DNA from: Amoebidium appalachense
Taxonomy: Eukaryota; Protista; Ichthyosporea
Direction of reading: 5' to 3'
Length of the DNA: 64,000 bases
Assembly (NCBI GenBank): GCA_963693365.1
Contig: CAVNZM010000005.1
Coordinates: forward strand, 10,997,728-11,061,727
The position numbers and the translations under genes are program-made. Positions 34,417 through 64,000 of the stretch are shown here, one piece after another. Every line of letters starts with the position of its first letter. Within the stretch, counting starts at the first letter, position 1. The notes below the pieces were generated by a model. That model searched no databases and had not been told where the DNA came from. It saw only the letters and a program-made list of their open reading frames with translations.

Positions 34417-35470
34417 GTCTCTTACTGTGAAATTAGGACAACTCAGCTGGACCATGTATGTCTGTTTACTGACGTCATCTACCCTGCAGTCTTCACACAG
34501 CATCCAGGCCTAGCCCGGCCCCAAGACATTGCAAACGCACACACATGCCTGTCGGTACGTAGCCCCCCTTGCCTACTAAGTCGAGTAACCTGAGCTCCCC
34601 AGTCCTCCTTCCCCCTCCCCATGTGCTGCTTGTATTCCTTTTGAGCTGATCTTTCCCATCTTCCCCCCCCCCCCCCCCCCCTCCTCCTCCCCCCTCCCTC
34701 GCTCCCCTCACCACCCTCCCCCTTTTCTCCCGGTGGTATCTTGAAGAGACCACTAAATACTAAATATAGAGAGAGTGCTTGGCATGGTCATTTGAACGAA
34801 AAGAGGATATCCCCGGGGGATTTGGGGTTGGGGGGGTGGCGGGCCCGGAGGAGGGGAAGGGGGGGGGGGGGGGGGAGTTGGAATGAATGCAAGTAGAACC
34901 GAGTATTGACATGTGGTTGGTATGCAGTGTGCCACGCTGCTTCTGGGTGAACTGACGTACCAATACAGAGCAAAGATACCAAGGGGGGACCTGCCAGGTA
35001 GGACCATATGCAGCATAAATGCAGACATGCACTATACGTGCAGCAGAAGTAGACGCAGGATTACACATGCACCATAAGTAGACACATCACACATGCACCA
35101 TGCATACAGATGGACAACGCATGCACCATGCTTGCAGGCATGCACTCTAGACACATGGGCAGGATCACACACGACACACCCAACTCCCTTTATCCATGAA
35201 TCCACACTAGAAAAACACAGAGCATGCACGGAGCATGCAAAGATAACCACGTATACGAGCGCACGGGCTGTACGCAAAAACAGATCTATCGATTTCACAA
35301 AACCAACCATAGTTTAGACTTGTGTGTTTGCCATCAATCCCCCATAGTAAGTGGTGCTCACGTACTTACCACTGTACATGACACCCTCACGAATGCACAA
35401 GGACCGATGGGAACGTGAGCACATGCATACACAACCCCGACACACATACACGCACCGACACACACACGCG

Positions 35471-35527
<57 letters not shown>

Positions 35528-35661
35528 ACACACACACGGATGCAGAGTCTGTGACGGGACGAGAGGATTGCTGGTGGGGGCGCAACTGCCGCACGGCCAA
35601 ACACAAGAGGGAGCATGCAGAGAGACTCAACCACATCTGTGCTCAGACGAGGCGCAGATAA
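24308..35661 (+). CDS. CHFR: E3 ubiquitin ligase CHFR (FHA, RING, Cys-rich region, C-terminal PBZ), 18 exons
   Basis: Exons 24308-24337, 25060-25107, 26016-26109, 26724-26814, 27653-27759, 28164-28246, 28717-28800, 29418-29497, 30353-30439, 31308-31383, 31605-31693, 32295-32382, 32649-32718, 33103-33216, 33817-33975, 34490-34554, 34928-34997, 35546-35661; all GT-AG and phase-consistent. FHA (LGR...SGRHC...[11 protein letters not shown]), RING ([25 protein letters not shown]...CPGCR), PBZ ([25 protein letters not shown]). Confidence 0.94.
29695..30300 (+). mobile_element. AT-rich intronic insertion ending in a Helitron-like hairpin
   Basis: Microsatellite-free ~600-bp block; hairpin TGTCCGC-TAC-GCGGACA (30274-30290) followed by aaacaattag|t. 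5' boundary uncertain. Confidence 0.4.
33237..33360 (-). mobile_element. Second-subfamily terminal-repeat fragment of the TRIM-like element, inverted
   Basis: Shares gatgac(g/t)tgggccc(c/t)ccctgaggatgggctctgcttat and the terminal cgcattcaaa with family 1; middle differs; embedded in poly-C. Confidence 0.8.
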
Positions 35662-36087
35662 AGCGATGATTGGTCAATGAGACGGGGGAAAGGGGGGCAG
35701 GGGGGGGGGGGGGGGGGGGGGGGGGAGGGTAATAATATGCCGGTGCATGTTTGTTCCACTGACAAAAAAGGAAAGAATGCATTTGTTTTCAATCTATGCC
35801 TTCTTTTTTTTGTAAACGCATATAGGCGAATGGTTCGTTGCATACCACCACTTACTCACATGAGTAGCGGACATACATCACCATGTAGCCAACCGCTACC
35901 CCTTGGAGCACTTCGTGCAATCAAGGACACATCTACACACCCACGGCCAAAAAAAATCGTGTTCCTACTTTTTTTTAGTTTTATAATATACAACGTGTCA
36001 TACGCACAACTAAAGTCGCTATAGTGCACAGACGTACTGTAGCACTAACCTACGATGTGGGGACAGGTGTTTGATTTGCATACACAT

Positions 36088-36293
36088 TGTATGCATGCAC
36101 AATTAAATTTTATACATGCACAATTAAATTTTATACATGCACAATTAAATTTTATACATGCACAATTAAATTTTTGTACAGGCACAATCAAATTTTATAC
36201 ATGCACATTAAAAATTTTATACATGCACAATTAAATTTTATACATGCACAATTAAATTTTATACATGCACAATTAAATTTTTATACATGCACA
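36088..36293. repeat. 21-22 bp AT-rich tandem repeat (atacatgcacaattaaatttt), about 9-10 copies, intergenic
   Basis: Direct inspection. Confidence 0.9.
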
Positions 36294-36812
36294 TTTCTTT
36301 CACCATGTTTATACATATGCATGATGTCCCTCGTATCTGTGAATGACCGTTGTTCCATGCAAGTTATGTGAGTTACCACCAGTTCACATTGCGCATGTAG
36401 CTATCTCAGCACCTGTCTTGTGCCTATGGCACCTGTACTATAAAACCATTCTTAGCCCTGGCTGATGCCCCGATTTAAATAAATTCTTAATAAAAAAAGG
36501 GCCGTCACACAATATCATCTACGTTTGCGCATGCATAGACACTGGTGTGTCGATACATATGTACAAACATACATACATGGAACCACACACACAAAATCAA
36601 ACTACTTGCAGCTATCATGATAAGAAAACGTACACGCGCACACACTAAGACGTACCCACAGTGTGCAGTCGCATATGCGCATGCCAGCATATACAGGACT
36701 AAGTCTGCCGGCCTTACTCACTTGTATCCCCCCCCCCCCCCCCCCCCCCCCCCCCACACACACACACAAAAAAAAACCAACCAACCCCCCCTCCCCCCCC
36801 CCACACGTAAAT

Positions 36813-36844
<32 letters not shown>

Positions 36845-38151
36845 CCCCACCAGACACACACACACACGTAAATTACCAGCCCTGGTCGATAACCATTGTT
36901 GATGACATATTTGGTGACTAATCATGTCACCAAACAGGAACGAATGCCATGTCTTCCTGCAGCTGTTGCACAAGGCCTAGCTATAGGGGCCTATTTGCAT
37001 TGCCTTATGTACTTATAAGTGAACAGGTTGGCCACCTGCTCAATGTTGAGGCACATATGCATGATAACCCTAGACAAAACAAGTGTTGCCGCAACACGGG
37101 ATTGCCAAGCAAATCAGCATCAGCGTAACCAATAACCTACCCCTATGGAGTGCGAGCTGAGTTTTTCTTTTTTTTTCTTTTTTTTTTTTCCAAATGTCCA
37201 CATATAAGAAATTCAAAAAAGGTGGTGGCCTAGCTGAGCAGCAAGGGTTACATGTAACGTGTTGTGTGTGCTGTAGTGGTGTTGGAGGTGGAAGCCACCG
37301 CGATGGGCGCAAAAAGCATGTAGCCACGTTGTTAGCGTTGGCCTTGACAAAAAAAAAAAAAAAAAAAAATCATATATACCCACCACATTTTGATTGGGTT
37401 TGCCGGAACTACAACTTAATTGAAGCTTTATTACTTGTCTCCCCTGCCCTAGTTTACAGCTCCATATACACTCATAGTCATATGTACATTTCATAACCAA
37501 CCCCCCCCCCCCTCCCCCCCCCCCCCCCCCCCCCCCTCCCCAAAAAAAAAAAAGAAAGAAAAAAAAGAAAAGCGGGCCAAGAATAAAGGAAGCAGCAATG
37601 CATGACTAAGTGACAAAAGTGGTCAGAACCAAAAGCAACCGGAGCCAGCACACGCATTTTCCCGTTTTCCTGTCACCCTCTACATGTGCATCGAATGCCT
37701 GTCTATGCGGTGGAGACACCGGGGGTTCTCAAAAGCTCCGTGCTTGTGCATACGCCATACGTGTTAATGTCCCAGATAAGTGTGTGCGCATGTGTACACT
37801 GTACTAGCCTGCATCTGACTTTCGTTTACTTGGAGATTGGATTATATAATGCCTCTAAGCTATTATCCAAACTCATAGACAGCCCAAAATCCAAATCCCA
37901 TCAAGTCACACAGGCACACCTGTCCCAAGGTGGTGATCCCATTCTTTTGTGACGGAAACAAGTACTACAGGAAAAGCAAAAGAAGAAAAATAGCTGTTCG
38001 TAATGCGGCCTTGCAGACTTTTGCGCACATTCATTTCAAACCTGGGCACTTGGATAGCCTGCCGCACCAGGTCTATACACACCTGGCTGGCTGTGTGCAT
38101 GCAGAACCTGCTGATCGCCAAGCAGAATCTGTGCATGTAGATGGCAGCCAA

Positions 38152-48412
<10,261 letters not shown>

Positions 48413-49170
48413 TTTGATGTTGTGTGTCCACAGAGTGTGTGACTGTGATGGTCCAAGTCTACAGGAAAAGAAAAGGCAAAATGAACGGAGTGTGATTGCT
48501 CGCCGCCGAAAACTGTGTGCTCGGGTCTTCTCCTTTTTTGAAAAGCTTAAAGTGGAGTTTTCACAAAAACTGTTCTGGTCTCTTTGCAGGATATGTCACG
48601 GTGTCAAACGTGAGGTGTGGCCATGGTGTGCCACGGACTTGTCATGAACAGGCGCGTGTATTTGTAGCGGTTAAATTTCCTTTTCGGGCATTTCAAATTT
48701 TAGGTACCGCTTTGATTGGCTAGGAGAAAGTGTCTCACAGGGCTTTAACTTTAACGTTTGTGGATACATTTTACCAGATTATCGGTCCAAATTCCGCGAG
48801 AGGGGCTTGGGAAAGTAAGTAAAACGTTTTCGGAAAACTCCCTATTTTCAAACCTTCTGCGTTCATGTCATTATACATATTTAGCCCTGTTAGCGGCTCT
48901 GCACGGAAAGTTTGTTGCTCTCGTACGGTGAAGGCTTCAAAGAGGCCGAAGGAAAGAAAAAAGCAAAAAAAGGAGAGAACAGTCTCAGTCAGCGTCGATT
49001 AACTAACAACGGCTAGATGTGGATGGGGCAGTCAGAAAGTGTTAAAGGTAGAGCCAGTGAAACTTAGACGTGCCCAGCGAGCATACACCGCTAATTACGG
49101 AACGAATCACGGCTTCGCTTGTGCACATGTTTCGCTCATACTATAGGCTGCTTGTGTTTGTCCAAATAGG
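48413..49170. promoter_or_regulatory. Bidirectional promoter between the TPR-like and AMBRA1-like genes
   Basis: Divergent ATGs about 760 bp apart, microsatellite-free; reverse CCAAT box GATTGGCT at ~48714. Confidence 0.5.
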
Positions 49171-58484
<9,314 letters not shown>

Positions 58485-58740
58485 TCCCCCCCTCCCTCCC
58501 TCGACCTCTTCCCTTTTCTCTATGCTTCCACCAATCTTAAACTCCGTTAATTTTAACCCAACTTGTGACCCTCAAGGCAATGGGAAAAGCTCTGTGGCCA
58601 TGTATGTTTTTTCATTTTTTTTGACAAAGCTTAACGCTGCTCAAATCTTGCCCGTAGCTTTAGATTTAGAAAGGTTATCCCGTGACTTCACTCCCCCCTC
58701 CCCTCCCCCTCCCCTCCCCCCCCCCCCCCCCCCCCCCCCC

Positions 58741-58774
<34 letters not shown>

Positions 58775-59041
58775 CCCCCCTCTCCCCTCATCTGCGGTTG
58801 CCTTCCCTTGCCTGCCCACCTCTCTCCTTCGAGCACATGTTCACCCTGGTTTTTTTTGTTTTTTTGCGCATGAATGCTCAATGTATAGTTTGCTCTTTTT
58901 GATACTTGTGTAATCTAGAGAAGCCTGTAGCTATGGTGGCTTATGAAACTCCTTGGCCTTTTCCCCTTGGCTTCAAGATTCATTTAAAAGGATTGTCGGG
59001 AAGCCTTGTGGAGGGTGGTTTTTTTTCTTTCTTTTTTTTGT

Positions 59042-59079
<38 letters not shown>

Positions 59080-61124
59080 ATGGCACTAATATAGCGAATG
59101 AACACCCGAATGGTATATAGGATTGCACACATGACGCGATTGCCTAAATTGGTCGCCTGTTTTCCCTTAAATCATAGGGTATTAATGAAGCAATTAAATG
59201 TCGTGGATGGCGATTAACTACGAATAATGTCGTGTTTCTCTCCCCGCTTTTACTACCTATTTTTGTATTAGCGAAGGTGAAGTTGTCGAATACAGATGTG
59301 TAGCTTAGAGTCTAGAATGAAGGGGGTGCTGCACAAAGCACCGGTGCTTTTGTGCACCATGTACATATGTAGGTGCGAACTCGAATAATATGTCTCAGCT
59401 GCATGTATGTTTGCTGTACAGCGAGAAAAGCGCAGTAATTCCACAAGCCCCATCCCCCCCCCCCCCCCCCCCAGTCTTTTCAATGGCCTTTTGATGTTCC
59501 TTTTCAGCGTCCAGCTGCAGACGTACCTGTGAGGGATCAGGGTGGAGTGTGGTAGCTACGTAGTGGTGGTGGTGGTGGTGTGGGGAGCCGCTAAAAGGGG
59601 GGGGGGGGGGGGGGGGAGGGGGCTGGCTCCTTTTTGAAGGGGGTTTCTTTTGAGTTTTCGGGTCGGGTCGGGTCAAAGGAGTTTGGCTATGTGATTGGCC
59701 TGCTGCAGCTGCGCATCGGTCAGCGCCGGTCCCGGTAACCGACATGTTTTGCAAATTGCCGGCAGCAAGGCACACATGTGCCATCATAGTACAACCAAAA
59801 GAAGAAAGAAAAAGGGACTAAGAATAAGCGAGCTAGCGCTGCGCCTAGGAAGAAGATTGCAGTTCAAACTTTTGATTTATACGGCTTGACCCGGATGTGC
59901 TGGAATGTGGCCATTTAATCGGCCTAAAAGAGGACCCCTTTTAGTTTCTGAGCTCCGCGAGTCTAGACGGCACAAAACACCTCAAGCATGAATTTATCTC
60001 GATAGCATAATTACACGTGTTACACCTCGATAGCATAAGGACACCTCGATAGTATAAGTAATGCCTGATATATCCTAAGAAAGCTATCTAAAGCAAGTTT
60101 GAGATATTACACAGTGATAGCAGAAAAAAAACTCTCGAGTCAATAGCGTTAAGATTTTTGTGCCTGGTGTATATTCACCACCCACATCCAGCATGTGTCA
60201 TAATGTGAGTGTCAATTAGGGGAACGCGGGATTCGAAATGGTGTTTTGGGATTTATCATCCATCCATCCCCCCCCCCCCCCCCCTTCCCCCCTCCTACGG
60301 GACCCCCCACCACCCACCACCACCGGGGGCCGCAGACACACCCACACATGGACACACGCATGCACTGCACACACAACCACACACCAACACACCCACCCTC
60401 CCACCCTCCCACACACACACCACCACCACAAATCAACAGTGTGCATTAGCTGCCATTGCTTGTGTTATGAGCAGAGTTCGAGGTAGCTGGAAACCGCTGA
60501 GACACCGTGACATTTTCAACGTGTACTAATATACATATAACAGTGGCCGTGGTTGTGTGGGAGTGTGGGTGTGTGAGTGTCACAGTGTTGTGTGTGTGTG
60601 TGTGTGTTTGTTGGGGTGGGTGGGTAGGTGGGTGGCTGTATGTGGGCAGGGAATAAGTCCCGGGGAGGGGGGGGGGGGGAGGGGCCGTTGGTCTCGTGTA
60701 CTCTGCCGGATTGCCGGGTTGGATAAATTGAGCGTGTGTCTGGATGGGTGTATGTGTGTGTGTGTGTGTGGGAGAGGGGGGGGGGGGGGGGAGCGCAGCA
60801 GGAGGAGGAGGGAGCGAGGGGAGGGGGAGAAGCATGGAAATGGGTCTAGAACGGAAAAATGTAAGGGATGACCCGCACCCCTTCAGATTTATCTCATCAG
60901 ATAGTTTTTCAATTGGTCGGTTTCAAAACTACAAATTTCCGGAATGTAAGATTTGACCCCCCTAGCCTGAACCCTAAACCCCCCCAAAATGCCACATCAA
61001 ACCGCTTCAGAAAGTTACATGTACATACAATTGTAAATATATCATGACTGCACCCATCTATTTTACCTCCCCTCCTCTCCCTGCCCGGTCCCCCCCCCCC
61101 CCCCCCCCCCCCCACCTCTCACCC

Positions 61125-62849
61125 CTACTCTCCTTTCTGAATAAACCTATTGGTCCCCCCCTCCCCCTCCCCTCCCCTCCCTTCATGTGCCCACCTGACT
61201 ACTTCGCCCGCCTCCACCACCACCTTCCCCGGTGGTGCCGTATGCGCTACCCCCATTGCTTTTAGCACTTGTTGGGTTAAAGGAGTGTTTTCTCCGCATA
61301 CAAAATGAACCGACGTTGATTCTGGACACGCCCCCAGTGCCAATCCCACCACCCGTTCGACCAAGTCTCTCGTCATGTGTCGCAAATCCACGACTGTGTG
61401 CCCTTTGGCCGTTGTGTTTACCTCTACCCCCTCTGCAACCAGTGAATCCATCCGTTCGTTTATCCCCCGTAGGTGCATGTGCCGAAGAATTATGTTGTAC
61501 GTGCGCTCGTCAAACGGCGGTTTGGGACCTACATTCCTGAAAACGTCCAAAAACGTTATCATGTGGTCGCCACGCCCCGTTGCCATAAGTGCGTGTAGTG
61601 CCGTGTTTACACATGGGGGATCGAAGGGTACCGCGTGCCATTGTGACCACTTGAGTGCCCAATCCACCCCATCCCGGCTACGAGCGTTAGCATATGCCGA
61701 AAGTAGCGTGGTGACTGTGTGGGCGTTAGGTACCACCGCATCCGCATCCATTTGTTGACATACTGTTTGCAATGCATCCATGTCGCCCATTCGTGCATGT
61801 GCATCGAGTAGTGTCGTGTATGTGACTACGTCCGGACGTAACCCGCGCAAACTCATTCGACTCAGAGACGCTTTCACCTTGTCTTTCCGTTTTAGCCGTG
61901 AATACCCGTGTATCAACGCGTTAAAAACCGCCTGGTCGCCCGTTTTTTCGTCCACGCTCGCCGTTATCAAAATCTTATCCAGCCCCCGCACGTTTTTCGC
62001 CCGTACATACGCTTCTATCGCACTAGCAACCACATATGGTGGGACAGAGACACCCTTAAACCGTAGTTGTGCAAGTAGTCCTTCCATCTGCTCCACGACA
62101 TTTGCGTCCGCGTAGGCCTTAACCAACGCCACCACCTGGTCCGTATCAACGGGCATGCCTGCCCTTGCCTGTGCCTCGAGTATTCTCTCCGCTTGGCTCG
62201 CACACCCCAACCTCACAAACACGGCAAACGCTTTACTGTACGCTGCTTTGTCGGTGTCTTTCCCCATTTCCACCATCCGCCCGGCTATCCGTATTGCCCC
62301 GTCGGCGTCACGGGCCCGTGCAAGAGTCTCGAGTGCCATGGTGTACATTTTGACCGTTGGGGTGATGTTGCGTTCATCCATCATGGAAAACACGTTATGC
62401 ACACCCTCGGCACAGGCTAAATCTCTATAGACGGAAAGCAGTGCCGTGTACGTTACCAAATTAGGTTCGACCCCCACGTCTCTCATCACCTCCAAAACTG
62501 CCTCCGCGTTTTCCTTCGACGGGGGTCCGGTTCTGTTACCGAAATCGGCCGGTCGCATGAGTATGGTGTATGTTATGACGTTTGGTTGGGGGCCCGACCG
62601 GAACATCTGCTGCAGGAGGGAGCGGCGTGTGTCGTTCTTAGCCACCTCCAGCATGGTATTGTAGTGGTATATGTCTGCACGCTGCGTCTTGCGCAAATAG
62701 TTGAAGAAGCGCCAGCAGTCAGCGTACCTGCGTGCGGCGATGAGGCCTTTGAGCCGCCGCGTGGCACCCACCGACGTGTCTGCGGCGCTGCTGAGGGCGC
62801 GGGCAAAGGGGCGGGGCAGGCAGGCAAGCAGCCGGCCCACGCCTAGCAT
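61125..62849 (-). CDS. Pentatricopeptide-repeat (PPR) protein with SMR-like C-terminal region and probable mitochondrial presequence; single ~1.65-kb exon (true 3' end may splice at 61195)
   Basis: 574-aa ORF with many ~35-aa PPR motifs (PNVITYTILM, PNLVTYTALL, PDVVTYTTLLDAHARMGD, PNAHTVTTLLSAY), N-terminal RPFARALSS, C-terminal VVDLRHMT...VHFVCG. An ag|gtgggc donor precedes a G-rich, intron-like tail. Confidence 0.92.
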   Translation of the reverse strand: MLGVGRLLACLPRPFARALSSAADTSVGATRRLKGLIAARRYADCWRFFNYLRKTQRADIYHYNTMLEVAKNDTRRSLLQQMFRSGPQPNVITYTILMRPADFGNRTGPPSKENAEAVLEVMRDVGVEPNLVTYTALLSVYRDLACAEGVHNVFSMMDERNITPTVKMYTMALETLARARDADGAIRIAGRMVEMGKDTDKAAYSKAFAVFVRLGCASQAERILEAQARAGMPVDTDQVVALVKAYADANVVEQMEGLLAQLRFKGVSVPPYVVASAIEAYVRAKNVRGLDKILITASVDEKTGDQAVFNALIHGYSRLKRKDKVKASLSRMSLRGLRPDVVTYTTLLDAHARMGDMDALQTVCQQMDADAVVPNAHTVTTLLSAYANARSRDGVDWALKWSQWHAVPFDPPCVNTALHALMATGRGDHMITFLDVFRNVGPKPPFDERTYNIILRHMHLRGINERMDSLVAEGVEVNTTAKGHTVVDLRHMTRDLVERVVGLALGACPESTSVHFVCGENTPLTQQVLKAMGVAHTAPPGKVVVEAGEVVRWAHEGRGGEGEGGTNRFIQKGE

Positions 62850-63749
62850 CGTGCAGGCGTGCCGTCACTGCCGGGCCCTGTGCGCGGCACCGCCCTGCCC
62901 TGCATATTGCCGCCCCACCTGGCTGCTGTACCCACGCCCCAGACACACGCGGGCGGGCTCTCTCTCTCCAGTACACCCCCGAAAAGGTTGCCACAGAGAC
63001 ACGAGGGGTCGCTAAGAATAGATGCAGCGAAAAGAACACCTAGTCGAGTGCTACCTTTGTGTCCTATACTAATCTTGTGGGTTGTTGACTCTACCGCTAA
63101 CAAGTGTGTGCTTGGTTGTGTTTACAGGCAACTAAGCCCTAGCCTCTGTGGAGTGAGGCACTCCACTTGCAGCAAGAGGCGAAGAAAGGGTTGAACCGCA
63201 CGCCAAAGCAACTAGGAGTAACTAATATTGATTAGATGTTGGGCCTAGTGGGACCTGTAGAATTACCACAGGACGCTCTATGTATGTTACCAGAAACTAC
63301 AGTTCGTGTATACAGCAGATTCACTTATAACTTTGCTAACCCTATACGTGCTTGCACTCACTCTCCCTCTGTGACTCTCTCTCTCTATTTTTCTGCCTAG
63401 CGCCAGCCGCATGCGCCGCAATCAATCGATGGTGCGCGTGTGACGCTCCAGCCGCGAGCCACGTGTCGCAAGCTTTTGCGCAAAAAGATTTTGTCACCCT
63501 GGAACGAGCCTAATATGGTAACTGTTACAAAAAATCGCGCGCTGATTGGCTCAAAACACCTGCAGCAAACCTAAAATTGGGCTATTATTAGTGCCTACAA
63601 TGTGGCATAAAGCCTTTTATATAATGTTATGATGGGCGGAAAAGCCACTCAACCACGTATGTACCATGTAATATGTATGCAGACTTGGGCACTAGTTCAA
63701 TGCAACTCACCGGGCAATGGCAATGGCCCAATGCCAATGGGCTTGATTG

Positions 63750-63822
<73 letters not shown>

Positions 63823-64000
63823 TATCGAACCGGGTTGTCCTGGGTTGTACCATGTGTGTGTGTGTGTGTGCATGGCGCATGTGGGCATGGTGTGCGTGCG
63901 TCTTGGGGAGGGAGGAGGAGGAGGAAAGGGGGGGGGGGGGGGGGGGGGGGAGGGGGGAGGGGGGGGTAAGGATAGTAGATTGGTAAGAATGCGTAACATT

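Noticed and set aside
59268-60525. Candidate terminal exons for the PPR gene (acceptors near 60525 and 59527)
   Set aside because: Both are phase-compatible (one stops after 3 codons, the other runs into poly-G); cannot choose without cDNA.

Overview
Intron-dense eukaryotic genomic DNA, probably from a unicellular eukaryote (taxon not determinable from sequence alone). Most long ORFs in the track are artefacts of (CA)n/(TG)n, (GA)n and poly-C/G microsatellites that fill the introns. By manual splicing I reconstruct four multi-exon genes: DDX23/PRP28 spliceosomal DEAD-box helicase (minus, 23 exons), CHFR FHA-RING-PBZ ubiquitin ligase (plus, 18 exons), a probably mitochondrion-targeted TPR-like protein (minus, 11 exons) and a compact AMBRA1-like WD40 protein (plus, 13 exons). 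There is also a nearly intronless PPR protein with an SMR-like tail and an intronless 80-aa ORF. Introns hold several small non-autonomous transposons (Harbinger-, CMC-, Kolobok- and Helentron-like) and minisatellites. Most notable: (1) a 659-bp non-coding element with identical 207-bp terminal direct repeats, no tRNA primer site, a fold-back across the repeat/leader junction and copies sitting at poly-G tracts; (2) a microsatellite splice-site grammar, with poly-C after donors and (CA)n abutting acceptors, including two apparent GT-CG introns; (3) tandem 45-nt exon copies in DDX23, one with an in-frame stop. Homopolymer or repeat-edge sequencing errors remain a live alternative for single-base anomalies.
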